Shown: piece by piece, positions 39,144 to 53,296 of the stretch
How the letters are laid out: each line of letters starts with the position of its first letter
Numbering within the stretch: position 1 is the first letter of the stretch
Assembly (NCBI GenBank): GCA_951406725.2
Contig: OX597816.1
Location: forward strand, 9,300,001-9,364,000
Direction of reading: 5' to 3'
DNA: 64,000 bases
Source: Octopus vulgaris
Lineage: Eukaryota
Translations under genes and position numbers: made by a program
Notes under the pieces: model-generated
The model's input: the letters and a program-made list of their open reading frames with translations, nothing else
Database searches by the model: none
What the model was told of the DNA's origin: nothing

Positions 39144-42100
39144 CTGGAACAAAAATAGAGAAAAAAAAAAAGATTAGAAAAGATTGAAAAAATAATAACA
39201 ATACTTTTGAAAAAAAAATCCTATACATTTGTAAAAAGAAGAGTGTTTTGACTGTTAACAATGATATGGTAATGTGTTTTCTTTTTCTTTTTATTTTATG
39301 ATAAACAGTAAAGAATTAAAGGTTTTATCAGATGAAGTAATGCATTAGGAAGGCCTCCCCATGAAGAATTTTCCTTTTATACATATATATCATCATCATC
39401 ACTTAATGGCCATTGTCTATGCTGGACAGTTTGACTGGGCTGGCATGCCGGAAGGCTGTGCCAGATTTCAATCTGATTTGGCATGGTTATCTATGGCTGG
39501 ATGCCCTTTCTAACACCAACCACTCTGAGAGTGTAACAGGTGCTTTTATGTGCCACTGGTACAGGTGCCATTAGTGTGACACCAGCATCTGCCATGACTG
39601 TGATTTTGCTTGGTTTGATGGGTCTTCTTCTCAAGCATGACATAATGCCAAAGGTCTTGGTCATTGCCTCCGTGAGGCCCAACACTTGAAAGGAGCTTGG
39701 CCAATTTGCCTCCATGAGACCCAATGATTGAAAGGAACTCAGCCACCTCCCCTCTGTGAGCCCCACCCGCACACACATTGCTGGTGCTGGTGCCACATAA
39801 AAAGTATCTGGTCCACTATGTAAAGTGGTTGGCATTAAGAAGGGGCTCCAGTCATAAAACCATGTGAAAGCAGACAGTGGAGCCTGGTTCAGTCAGCAGT
39901 CTTACCAGGTCCTGTCAAACAATCCAACCCACACCAGTATGGAAGACAGACATAGGATGATAATGATGATGATGATATACACTGATAATATTCATGTAAC
40001 TGGAAGTTTCTCTGTACACTCAAACTGCTCTAAATAGCAGCTCAATCTCTTAGATCATACCCTATTGTCTTGAAAAAATGAAATCACCTAGATAACAGTC
40101 TTACATATATGAGGGAGCATTGTCATGGCTGGAACACCTTTTTGTCATCGATCTGCTTGATCTAGGCAGATTTTGTGCTAAACAATGACAATGGATTTTT
40201 AAAGCAAATAAACCTCTATGAGGTTGCTTGACCTGCTAGAAATGCTAGTTAAAATCTCTCTCAAATCAAAATATATAATTGTCTTAAAAAGCACACATTG
40301 GATAATGTGGTCCAAAGTACTTAGATCCCAGAAAAATGATGAGATGGTCATAGCTTGAATGTCTTTTATATTAAGTCTGCTGGTTGAAGGCTGACCTAGG
40401 ACCAAACAGCAACTGTTTTTTTGTAAAAGCACATTGAGAGAGGAGCATAAGATTTAGAAAATTTTTTAAAATTTTAATGTGTCTGTACACACATTTTTAA
40501 AGGACAATATAGATATGAACGATTGGGTTTAGATATAATTGGTGATGCAACGTAGGGTTAATGTGGGTACAGCAATAATGATAAGCATACAGAAAACATT
40601 TCTTGATAAGGATAGATTCTAGGGTTTATAATAATGAATTCTTTTACCAGTAGAGAAAGTTTGAGTATGTGGATTGTACAAAGGCAACATCTATTAAGCT
40701 TAATAATCTACGGTTCAGTTACTTTATTTTCTTGTTCATATACTGACTAAAGATGTAAAAATACAGAAATGTACTCTGTACCAAGATAAAACATTTATGA
40801 ACAAAGATAAAGAATGTTCCTGTTTATATAGAATACAAACACAACACAAAGACACTGGTTAATACGTGTTTTTTTCTAAAATATATAACTGGAAAGTTGA
40901 CTGTATTTATATGTGCAAGAACCAAAGAGTCAGAGCTATTTCCTAAAGAGACAAACACCTGGATGTTTATGTGTATTCATAATGAAGCTACTTAATTAAA
41001 AAAGATACACATGTAACATCAAAGGGATATTTATTTCAGCACGTACAGCAGTCTGCTGGGTGGTTACATTATTTGGCCTAATTTTCTATTTTTATGGAAA
41101 TATATATATATCAAAGATACCATTAACACAATGTAAATTGTGCTGCCATCATATTTCTTTTAAAACATTAATATTTTCTTTTGTCAAAGAATTCTCAGGA
41201 ATATATAACATAAAACTTCAATTATTTTGTTGCTAACTGTTTCTTTGAGTATCCCAGAGCTTCTTTGAACAATGAGTTACAACTTTAGTTAGTATCATGA
41301 AAATCTCAGCTTCAAAGTAATTATTATTATGTTTTTCACAATGGAAAAAGGAAGACATAAGTAAATCTTGACAAAGAAAGCAAAAAGGAAAATAACAAGA
41401 AAAGAAGCAAGAAAAGAAAAAGATCTTAGATAAAGGAAAGGTGAAATCTAAGAGAGTCTATGGCAATAATGTGTATCAGGGCGAAGAAAAGATCAGAACT
41501 GATAGAAAAAGTAAAGTTATAGTTAAAGGGCAAGATTAAACAAAAAGCTAAAATGTAAATGGTAATATAATGATGATGAAATGATGATGATGGGATGATG
41601 GCGGTGGTGGTGGTGATGGTGGTGGTGATGACGATGATGATGACAATGGATGAATAAATAAATAAATACATAAAGACGAGAAGACTTAAGTATTAGATAT
41701 TGATTTCTGTAGGGAGGTAACATTATCAATTGAATAATGAAGGGCCTTGCTGGCACTTATTTTTATTGATGCTGGAATGATTAGACAAACTACCCATCCT
41801 AGTAAGAATATATTGGGAATAAATACTGTAAGTTGTTCTGATATTTTTGCTATTTCACAGTCTCCCAAACATTGTATGCTAGAAAAATGAAGCAATATTT
41901 TTCATACTCAAATTGATAATTTAATTTGTGAGGTTAATCACTCACTCTCCTCTGTTCTATTCCCAATCAGCATCCATCTCTTATTCTTATGCCCACCTCA
42001 AAATCCATATTCCACCTCTGCTCCTCTTCAACATTCATCACATTCATCCCCTCTATATACATCTAACCTCCTTCACCTCATGTCTATATCCACATCACTC

Positions 42101-42181
42101 TCCTATCACATTCTTACAACTTCATCCACAATCCTCCTTCATTCTTCTGTATCCACACTCTCTTTTATATATCTCTTACAC

Positions 42182-42590
42182 AGGCGCAGGAGTGGCTATG
42201 TGGTAAGTAGCTTGCTAACCAACCACATGGTTCCGGGTTCAGTCCCACTGCGTGGCACCTTGGGCAAGTGTCTTCTGCTATAGCCCTGGGCCGACCAATG
42301 CCTTGTGAGTGGATTTGGTAGACGGAAACTGAAAGAAGCCTGTCGTATATATGTATATATATATGTGTGTGCGTGTATGTTTGTGTGTCTGGGTTTGTCC
42401 CCCTAGCATTGCTTGACAACCGATGCTGGTGTGTTTACGTCCCCGTTACTTAGCGGTTCGGCAAAAGAGACCGATAGAATAAGTACTGGGCTTACAAAAG
42501 AATAAGTCCCAGGGTCGAGTTGCTCGATTAAAGGCGGTGCTCCAGCATGGCCGCAGTCAAATGACTGAAACAAGTAAAAGAGTAAAAGAG
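42182..42590 (+). mobile_element. SINE family B (young)
   Basis: Full-length, CpG-rich match. Confidence 0.92.
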
Positions 42591-43639
42591 TATATTAGTT
42601 TCAAATTTTGGTACAAATCCAGCAATTTTGCAAGAAGGGCAGTATTGATTACATTGACCCCAGCGCTCAACTGGTACTTATTTTATCAATCCTGAAAGGA
42701 TAAAAGGCAAAGTTGACCTCAGCAGAATTTGAAATCAGAACATTAAGACAGATGAAATGCTGCTAAGCATTTTGCCCAGCACAGTAATAAATATGCCAGC
42801 TCGCTGCCTTATATATATCTCTCAGACATATTACCACAAGAATACATTCTGGCACCTCTCATCACCTTATTTACCTGTGTTTGAGTCCCACTTCAGCTTT
42901 TTTCACCCACCCATGTAAAATACAAGGCAGACATGAATCCTCTCCACAAAACGTAAACCTTTTAGTGTTTTTTCCCACCATGCTTTAACCCCTCAACACC
43001 TTGCTGAAAGCAATCACCTTGAGGAGTCTCTTTAGTCTTGCAAGTAACAAAGTCACCTCATTAGTGGTGGGCCAGGAAAAAAAATCACCCAGTATACATT
43101 ATAAAGTGGTTGGTGTCTGTCTTCCATACTGGTGTGGGTTGGATCGTTTGGCAGGACCTGGTAAGACTGCTGACTGAACCAAGCTCCACTGTCTGCTTTC
43201 ACATGGTTTTATGACTGGAGCCCCTTCTTAATGCCAACCACTTTACATAGTGGACCAGATACTTTTTATGTGGCACCAGCACCAGCAATGTGTGTGGGGG
43301 TGGGGCTCACAGAGGGGAGGTGGCTGAGTTCCTTTCAATCATTGGGTTTCATGGAGGCAAAGTGGCCAAGCTCCTTTCAAGTGTTGGGCATCGTGGAGGC
43401 AATGACCAAGACCTTTGGCATTATGTCATGCTTGAGAAGACCCATGGAAATCATGCCAAATCTGTGACACTAGAGCAAGATGTGATCCCCTGATTCATTG
43501 GATCCTATAAAAACGTTCAATCTATGCCAAGATGGATATAAAATGATGAAGATGATAATGATGATGATGATGATGATAACAAGTCCTTTCATGAGTAACC
43601 AATATATGCTGGCCAATAGAGAAGATATAGTTTTATTAA

Positions 43640-43992
43640 AATGACAATGGAAATAGTAGTTGTGATACCTGTGTCGGTGGCACATAAAAAGCACCATCTG
43701 AACGTGGCCGTTGCCAGCGCCGCCTTGTCTGGCTTCTGTGCCGGTGGCACGTTAAAAGCACCAACCGATCGTGGCCGATGCCAGACCCCACTTGGCATCT
43801 GTGCAGGTGGCATGTAAAAAGCACCCACTACACTCGCGGAGTGGTTGGCGTTAGGAAGGGCATCCAGCTGTAGAAGCACTGCCAGATCAGACTGGAGCCT
43901 GGTGCAGCCCCTGGCTTCCAAGACCCCAGTCGAACCGTCAAACCCATGCCAGCATGGAAAACGGACGTTAAACGATGATGATGATGATGATG
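43640..43992 (+). mobile_element. RTE-LINE 3' end copy with three ~62-bp modules
   Basis: ggtggcac..aaaagcacc three times, conserved terminus, (GAT)n tail. Confidence 0.88.
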
Positions 43993-44340
43993 AAGCTTAT
44001 CAGCCGTGCAAGAAAAATAGTTTTGTAATTTTTGCATTACCCAGCATTCTTAGTAGGATGTGAAGAAGAGGAAATTATGATATTCAATTTTTGAAATCAT
44101 GATGAAATTGATGTGAACTTTAGTTGGATCAATATTATGGAATTTCCTGATATTTCTCATGTAAAGAGAGAGAGTGACTGATGCACTGGTGCTGCATCTT
44201 TTCACTGAAAGTCGTGTTACTTATCTAATTTCACACTAAGAGTTTTCTTTTGCCTCTTAAGAGGTTGTAGTCATTGAGCTGAATGTCAAAAATAATGAAT
44301 TTGCCATGATTATTAAGACAGAGCAAGAGAGAGAGAGAGT

Positions 44341-44375
<35 letters not shown>

Positions 44376-44585
44376 AACTGTTGTGGTTTATATCATTGTA
44401 GTGTTTAGCTTAAAAGAGTGGTCCATTTGTTGAGGTTGTTTATAATGGTTTGTAGATATATACTCTTGAGTATATTATATTGAAGAGAGAAGTTGGACAC
44501 CAACCATCAATGCTGTTAATGGGAGTAGTGAGATAGAAAAAAATATATGTAGCATAAACAGAGTCAAGTAAGGAACCTTGACATA

Positions 44586-44997
44586 CTCTCTCTTTTACTC
44601 TTTTGTACTTGTTTCAGTCACTTGACTGCGGCCATGCTGGAGCACTGCCTTTAGTCGAGCAAATCGATCCCGGGACTTATTCTTTGTAAGCCCAGTACTT
44701 ATTCTATCGGTCTCTTTTGCCGAACCGCTAAGTGACGGAGACGTAAACACACCAGCATCGGTTGTCAAGCAATGCTAGGGGGACAAACACAGACACACAA
44801 ACACATATATATATATATATATATACATATATACGACAGGCTTCTTTCAGTTTCCGTCTACCAAATCCACTCACAAGGCATTGGTCGGCCCGGGGCTATA
44901 GCAGAAGACACTTGCCCAAGATGCCTCGCAGTGGGACTGAACCCGTAACCATGTGGTTGGTTAGCAAGCTACTCACCACACAGCCACTCCTGCGCCT
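44586..44997 (-). mobile_element. SINE family B (young)
   Basis: Full-length reverse-complement match. Confidence 0.92.
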
Positions 44998-47426
44998 ATT
45001 CCTATTAAATATGTTACTGCTGCCTTAGGAAAGCCTTTTATTCATAAGGCATTTCATATAAAATAAGATGACTTTTTATGTAGAATAAGAAGTGAGCCAT
45101 TGTAGAGAAATTTCAGAGACAAACAGTAAATCTTCCCCCAAAATACCATCATCCACTGTATCGGACACAACAGTAATAAGAGATATATGGAGAAATTATA
45201 AACAGTCAGCATTTCAGTTTCATGGCTGTCAAATTGCCTTGGTAGATAGTTTGTTGAGTCGAAGATGATTACTTTTTGTTACCATATTTCTGTTGAACAC
45301 GCACATACACACATACACACACACAAACACACACACACATGCATATATACATATATACAACGGGCTTCTTTCAGTTTCCGTCTACCAAATCCACTCACAA
45401 GGCTTTGGTCAGCCCGAGGCTATAGTAGAAGACACTTGCCTAAGGTGCCACAGAGTGGGACTGAACCCGGAACCATGTGGTTGGTAAGCAAGCTACTTAC
45501 CACACAGCCACTCCTGTGCCTATATTGGACAATAATTTTTCAGTATTCCATTATTAAGATTATCCCTTGTCTCAGTGTTCTATTTATAGGACACCGAGTA
45601 TTTCCATTTCTATTTGAAGTAAAGGAGTTTCGATAATTAATTTTTTTCATTTTAACCTTTTTTTAATCATCTGTAAAAATTTAAAAGTAATATTCAGAAA
45701 TTTAAGTACTTTGGGATTTAATGGGTTAAAGGAACAGTAGTTAAATTTTTCTAATTTCTATTGGGTAATTTCCAAAATTTTTAAAACAAGATCTTAATTT
45801 TATAATCATCATTTTTCTAAATTGATATTTATACAAATAAAGTAATGAGCTAGCAGAATCGTCAGCATGCTGGGCAGAATGCTCAGTGGCATTTCATCTG
45901 TTTTTATGTTCTGAGTTTAAATTTTGCTGAGTTCAACTTCATCCTTTTAGCGAGGAAAGACAAAATACCAGTTGAGCACTGCAGCCAGTGTAATTAACTT
46001 ACTCCTTCCCTCAGGATCATGCCTAAATTTTAAATCACTATTTTATACAAATATATAATTTTAGCATTGGACTTGATGAACACAGAGAAGAGAGAAATAT
46101 ATGAATTAGATAATTTTTCTGTGAGGAAACTTTGGAAAAGTTAAGAAGTAAAGTTATAATCTGAAGAAAATATAAAATTAGATTCTGTATTCACTTTAAT
46201 TTTTTTTTCTTTTCAGTGTTTATTTTTGTTGAGTGTTAAAAAAATTTTCCAGTGTCAACCATTTTGTTACAGAAACCAAAATGTTTTGTTGTTAAATTAT
46301 AAATTTTATTTTCATAGTGAAATATGCTTTCTGTTTTTTAAACAGACCATTTAATTCAAAGCTTGATATTTAGCAAAATGTGTTAATGTCTTTTTTTTTT
46401 TTTTTTTTTGTCATTATTCATATTTACTCTTAACTTTTCCTCTCCTCATTATTCTGAACTCGATGAATTCTCAGTCTATACACTTTGGTCTCCTGCCAGT
46501 AGGGAATTTCTTTTTGCTGTGTTTAGAATTTTGGCACATATGCCATGGCAGCAAGTCATGAGAGATAAGAAATTTATGTCTAGTTTTGACACAAGATCTA
46601 GATATATGATTGTAGTTCCATAGTCACAAATATTTTTACAGTTCTAGAAGTGGAGAGATTGCCATTGTGTGAGATTTTAAAGAATATTTGGCTGCAGATA
46701 ATTTTAGTTAGAAATGTAGTGAGGTTTCTGCCAAGTTTCAAACCATTTTGCTCAGATTCTTCAGTTTGGGACCACAGCCTAACTGTATTGCCATAAAAAG
46801 TTAGACCGGTTGTGAGAAATTAACTGTCATCATAAATGCATAAATACCTATGAGAACATGATTCAGCCAATCAGATTAGCTGGTGGGTGACCAAACAGCA
46901 GTATACTTGAACCCAATTTTTGTGAAATCTCCAACCAAATAGTTCTGATAAAGGTTCTAGAAGTTTTGACTCAATGTTATAAAAGCTGGATCTTAAACTC
47001 CCCAACAGAACAACCTCAGGTGTTACACAGAACTCTATTTGTCATTTTAGTGATAAGATGTTCTCACTCTTTCTATTTTGTCTTTGATAATCATGAACAA
47101 TTTTCATATAACTAAAATATTTTATACTATGAAGACTTTTAACTATCACATTTACTGTTCCATGTATGCTGCTTTATTCAAATAGTTGTTGTTGTACATA
47201 TAGAAATGCAAATGTTCCAGGTAATAAAAAACATGGAAACTTATGTAAATATTAGTATGGTTATTCTCACCTTCACATGCAAAATACCCAATATTGTGTA
47301 CTATTGATGATGATTTAATGACCAAACTGACTTAAAAGTGCATTACCTTCATGTCTTTCCTACAGATTCTGTTACTTGCTAGAAAAACAGCTATTGTATT
47401 GCTAGCCTGGGGGTAGGTTTGACAAG

Positions 47427-47660
47427 ACAGGCGGTGAGTTGGCAGAACTGTTAGCACACCGGGCAAAATGCGTAGCCGTATTTCGTCTGCCGCTACGTTC
47501 TGAGTTCAAATTCCGTCGAGGTCGACCTTGCCTTTCATCCTTTCGGGGTCGATAAATTAAGTACCAGCAAGGCACTAGGGTCAATGTAATCGACTTAATC
47601 CATTTGTCTGTCCTTGTTTGTCCCCTCTGTGTTTAGCCCCTTGTGGGTAGTAAAGAAATA
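47427..47660 (+). mobile_element. SINE family C, intact copy with 15-bp TSD
   Basis: TSD ggtaggtttgacaag at 47412-47426 and 47661-47675. Confidence 0.92.
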
Positions 47661-48629
47661 GGTAGGTTTGACAAGGGTTTAGGTAATGGGAAATTGTACC
47701 AAGTTGTCAGAAAACTTTACTATATTATTGGCATAGCTGATGGTAAAGGAAATATTGAAGGTGAAGACATTAGAGCAATGAAGAAGAAAATGTTGAGAAG
47801 GTCACAGAATTTATCATGAGAACTATTAAAGACTTGGTTCTCTATATACAAGATAATTCACATCATTTCAACAGGATGAAATTTTACATTTGAAATCAAC
47901 ACATTCACATGATGTGTACTTAACTACTGGTTGTCTGTTGTGGCAGTCATATGACAGGCCTGCTTTCTTAGTTACATTTAATTTTAAATGCAAGCTACAT
48001 TGCTTACTCAGCCTTGGAGAAAACAAACAAACAAAAAAAACTATCCTACTTCAATTTATATTCATAAAATAATTAAATTTTTCATTTCTTTGTGTTAGGA
48101 TTGATATGATAGGAATGTCACAAATGCAATAAGATACAAAGACTTTGTATACAAATACAAATTAGCTTAATTGTTTCTTTAAGATTATCATATAGGTTTT
48201 AAATTAAAACATAAATATCGATAAGAATAACGAACCTACTTAATTGCTTATAGCAAATTAAAACTAGAAACTGAATATTATGGAGAGAAACAGGAAATAT
48301 AATGCTGTTATGCTTCCTGAGATTCCTACAGACTTCTATAGCTGCTTTGAGACACTAAAACTTCAGAATAATGCAGAAGACCACAAAAGTATTTATTACA
48401 AAGTAGCAGAATGATGTGAAATTTTAAAGTGTATTATGGAACTACAGCAAATTAATAAGAAGAGAAGGAAGACACTGAAAAATGTTGGAATTAAAGAAAA
48501 GAATTTAATTTAAAATAATTTATACTGTTGTTATTATTATTTAGCTCCAGGTTGTCCCTGATTGGAAAGATCTATGATGAAAGGCATTCCAGCCATGACC
48601 ATTCTATCTTTTCGTATATCTAAAATAAA

Positions 48630-48978
48630 AATTCAAATGGAAATTGTAGTTAAGCCACCCGTGCCGGTGACACATAAAAAGCACCGTCAGAACGTGGCCA
48701 TTGCCAGTGCCGCCTCGACTGGCTTCTGTGCCGGTGGCACGTTAAAAGCACCAACTGATCGTGGCTGTTTGCCAGCTTGCTCTGGCCCCTGTGCTGGTGT
48801 CACATAAGAAACACCCACTACACTCATGGAGTGGTTGGTGTTAGGAAGGGCATCCAGCTGTAGAAACACTGCCAAATCAGACTGGAGCCTTGTGCAGCCT
48901 CCATGGCTTCCAGACCCCGGTCGAACCATCCAACCTATGCTAGCATGGAAAACGGACGTATGATGATGATGATGATGA
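48630..48978 (+). mobile_element. RTE-LINE 3' end copy with three modules
   Basis: Same organisation as 43640-43992. Confidence 0.85.
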
Positions 48979-49697
48979 TATGGTAAAGCCTGATTTTGAG
49001 AGAATTAGGTTACTATTTCTAAAATGTTGAATGACCACACAAATGCTCCCAGGCTGGTTTTTTTTTAAATGGTTATGAAGTGACAATGTTTATGTAGTTC
49101 TAGACTACTAACCAAAGATTCCTCACATTTTACTACTTTAGTGTACTTTTAGGCAGGTCTCATAAAGCTACTTACAATAGCATCATAATAAAGAAGCTTG
49201 CTTCTCAACCACATGGTTCTGGGTTCAATCCCATTGTGTGGCACATTGGGCAAGTGTCTTTGCCTTGGGTTGACCAAAGATTTGTGAGTGGATTTGGTAG
49301 ATGGAAACTGAAAGAATCCTGTCATATATATCTGTGTGTGTGTGTGCGACTGTCTGTGTGTTTGTCCCCCTCCATCATTGCTTGACAACTGGTGTTGGCG
49401 TGTTTACATCTCTGCAACTCAGCAGTTCAGCTAAAGAGACCGATAGAATAAATACTAGTCTTAAAAAAGAAGTCATGGGGTGATTTGTTTGGCTAAAACC
49501 ATTCACGGTGGGGCTCCAGCATGGCTACACTCAGATGACTGAAACAAGTAAAAGAATAAAAGAAAATATATTTAGAAGGGAAAAAATAAACTAGAATTTC
49601 AGAGTTTTGCCACTGATTAGATTCAGCAGATTGTCCGGCAAAATCTTAAACTCAGGGTCAACCTTTTTCTTGTAAAAATAATTTAACAACTTAAATA

Positions 49698-50099
49698 TCT
49701 TTATATATAAAAGTGAGGTTGTGTGCTGTCTGTCTCCTACGATTTAGATTCCTAACTACTCCCACATTTTGCGGTGCAGTTTAACCAAAACCGAGTATCT
49801 TATAGTCGTGATTCATATCGAGCCCTTCTGGGTATTAGCGCGCGTCTACGATGAGTCTACAATTTAAAAAAAAAATTACCATCATTTTTTTCCATTTTAA
49901 TGCATTTTTTCGCTATTATATAAGGAAAGTAACTCTCTAAAAATGTCTACGATGAGTCAACGATTTAAAAAAAAATTTACCATCATTTTTTTCCCATTTT
50001 TTGTGCATTTTTTTGGTATTTTTTTGGCTATAACTCTCTAAAAATGCTTTTATAGTTATTTCCCTTACAAACCCGAGCAATGCCGGGTGATACTGCTAG
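49698..50099 (+). mobile_element. Non-autonomous Helitron (402 bp)
   Basis: A|TC start, subterminal hairpin CCCG-AGCAATGC-CGGG, CTAG|T end, no TSD; internal ~100-bp tandem duplication. Confidence 0.9.
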
Positions 50100-50806
50100 T
50101 ATTAAATAAACGATAATCTACTTAAATATATTGGGTATTCTTTCAGTTAATATTTCAGTTAATATTTGATTGGTTTTATTTATGATTTCACCTAAAACCT
50201 ACATGTCACACACATGGGTACGTGTGTGTATGTGTATGTGTGCGTGTGTATATATTCATGCTATGTGTTCAATAATATAATTTAAGACTTAATCCTTCTA
50301 AACATATATTGAAATATATTTGCTGCGATTATATAGCTTATATTTTGAAATATATGACTGAGAGAGAATAAAGATCTTAGCTTGCTGGAGGCATTGTTAA
50401 GCATACCACTATATACAGAAATAAAAAATCTCATCAAGAAAAGAACAAATGTTATGCTGTCAGTGGTGGTTGGGTCTGGTTTGTCTAAATACAATGACAA
50501 ATGAGTTAAGAGGAAAGAGCTTTTATATTTTACATCTAATTTCAATACAGGCATTTTGTAATAATTAACTATCACCTCAATGCATCTAGAGGTTATTGAA
50601 ACACAGATTCATGTTTATAAGACAACCTAACCTTCTTAATTTTGTATTCAGAGCATTTTTTATTTTTTAAAACCTTAATTATATTTTCCAAAGGAAAAAT
50701 AGTACGTGTAAGACGAAGGTTTAACTAAACAACAGGTTATGGTTATTTTACTTGATAATGGTATGCTAGTAAATGGAACAATTTATGAATCAGTCAATGC
50801 AGTTAA

Positions 50807-51197
50807 CTCTTTTGTTATCATATTTCTGAGGAAAGTTCATGACTTTTGCTTTAATTAACTTTGAAAATAATGAAGAATTTAGTAGAGTAATTGTCATTAT
50901 TAAGTTGGTGGAAACTTTTAATTTAGATTGCTTTAATCCTTTAGTGTTTAAACTGAACATATCTGGCCAATATATTCTGTCAGATCCACCTTCTCATGCT
51001 TAACATATCATGTCATTCTAAAAATAAATAATCACATTACTGAAATCTCAAAGCTCTAAGATAATGCATGATTAATTCAAAGCAATGCAAATAAATTAGC
51101 ATTACATTCGATCAGGTTATTTAAATGTTAAAGGGTTAAACAGGAAGTTTCTTTCACAGGACCAGACATGGTCTCAGGTAGGTTAGTATCAAAAGGG
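50807..51197. mobile_element. Nested piggyBac-type MITEs (inner element 50937-51135 in a TTAA site)
   Basis: Outer ttaa-ctcttttg...caaaaggg; inner TTAA-tcctttag...taaaggg-TTAA. Confidence 0.7.
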
Positions 51198-51803
51198 CTG
51201 AAGGAGGCAAAACTCTTTTAAACTTGCTCATATGTATGTAAAGATTTCCTGAGAAGGAACATGGCTTTGATTCCCAGTCCAAGAGGCAAGTTACGTCTTT
51301 TGGCAAAGCACTTTACTTTATGTCGTTCCAGTCTACTCAGCTGGCATGAGCAAATAATAAAACTGTGAGTGCCCAGCCATCACCAATTTAATATCACATC
51401 ATTAACAAATCAGTGGAAAGGCAATAAATTTTTAAGCACAAAGTGGGAGGTACCCAATAGTGGACTATTACATTCTATCTTTATCTTTTTCTCTTTTATT
51501 TTTGTTATCTCTTCTAACTATAATAAGGTTTGACTATCTTGTTTTTTCCTTTTATTTGTTTTAGTCACTGGACTGCAGCCATGCTGGGGCACCGCTTTGA
51601 AGAGCTTAGTTGAACAAATTAACGCCAGTACTTCTTTAAAGTCTGGTACTTAGTCTATTGGTCTCTTTTGCCAAACTGCTAAGTTAAAGGGATGTCAACA
51701 AATCAACACTGGGTGTCAGGGAGGATAAACACAAGCATAAAGACAAATGCACTATGCACACACACATATGCATATACATACATACATATATATATATATA
51801 ATA

Positions 51804-51994
51804 TTATAGAAGGAACTTCTACAGGACTAGAACTGTTTCATTCAGATGAAATCTTCAGGAGCTTCCTGAAGATTTCATCTGAATGAAACAGTTCTAGTCC
51901 TGTAGAAGCTCCTTCTATAAAATAAATTACTTTACTCTGCTATGTATTGAGTACCTTATTTACTGTGGTTAACCCCGACTAAACCCGGGACCTA
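51804..51994 (+). mobile_element. Penelope-like pLTR fragment with inverted partial duplication (57-bp-arm palindrome)
   Basis: Arms 51804-51860 and 51864-51920 with one mismatch; hammerhead core; AATAAA downstream; flanked by (TA)n. Confidence 0.75.
51857..51913 (+). ncRNA. Type-I hammerhead ribozyme
   Basis: AGGAGCTTC (stem I) CTGAAGA t-TTC-atct-GAA-t GAAA CAG ttctagtc CT GTA^ GAAGCTCCT; 9-bp stem I, predicted cleavage after 51904. Confidence 0.8.
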
Positions 51995-53296
51995 CATATA
52001 TATATATATATATATATAGATATATACACACACACATATATAAATTAATTTGGGATCTAAAAGATCACAATGAACAATTTAATTTAGAATGGTTGATTCT
52101 CTCAATCTCGATACCTTATGACAAAGGCAAGGAATTCTGTCTTCTCTGTAATTCTGAACTATTTTTCATTATTTTTTTCTAAAAATCCCCTAGGAAACAC
52201 GGTTATAGAATGTGCATACCGATGTAAACATTGGCAAAAAACACACCTTTAGTTCATATAAGTATCATTATATATCATTAACACCGAACTCAAAACCTTG
52301 CAGCTGCAAAGCAAGTTTCTTAATCACCAGCTTGCTTTATTGGTGACTGTCTTTAGTTTCCAGCATGATAAATGAGTTGAGTTAGATGTAGGCTTTCCTC
52401 AACCTTCATCCATATTCTAACTAACGTAATTAGATTACAAAATATTAAATAAATATATTAAATAAGGTGTAAAAATACTGTAACTACAAATCAAAACAAG
52501 AAATCCCTCAAACAAATAAACAACCCCCACCATCCTTATTAACTGCTGATTAGCAAATGAGGTATGTGTGCTGTTAGTTTAGCTTCTAACATGTAAGCAC
52601 ATATTTGATAAACTAACTGGCAATATTAGACTTTCGAATTCTTACTGCCTGAGTGTGTGTTACAGGAAGAAAATGAGAGAAAGAATTAGCTAAATCAACA
52701 TAAAGGAGAAGATATAAATGAAAAGAAACTTGATTTGCTCTAGTGTATAACACAAGGAACAGGTTAAGTGAAGCTAATTATAACAAAGCAATTACCAACT
52801 TAATTCCCTATTTCCATTTTGAACCATAAATATTCAGCAAGGATATATTAACATAGCACTGTGCTCTAAATGGAAGCTATTAACAATTCTACGTGTTTAG
52901 ACATGTTTTCATAGTGCAGTAGATCGAAGTTATTTGAAGTGACAAAATCAATAGAATAAAACAAACCCACAATGTATAACTCTCCGGCTGATACACAATT
53001 ATTGATACACAGATAAAAATGATTTGTTTTTGAAGGAAAATGATGATAAAATAAAAAAAAACAACTAAAAACAATGAATCATCATTGTAACATTGTTGAA
53101 AAACAACCTTCAAATGAACTTGAATGAACTCTGAATGTAGGATATGTGAATAAATATTCTCCTTACATCTGTCTCAAAACAAAAGAATTCTTTACCTTAA
53201 AGATGACATGGTTGTACTGTTAGAGTAGTTATATTCCCATTCTATATTTCTGAGATAAGGAATTAATATAATGTATACTGTTTATAATTAATTTAA

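Noticed and set aside
48008-48012. Possible 5-nt microexon (aag|GCTGA|gtaagc on the minus strand)
   Set aside because: Weak AAG acceptor, not frame-compatible with the phase-0 downstream exon, and no other support.
50282-50575. 97-aa minus-strand ORF as the missing upstream alpha2delta exon
   Set aside because: No recognisable alpha2delta motifs or convincing splice-site pair. The upstream exon probably lies beyond 64000, though a short divergent exon could have been missed by eye.
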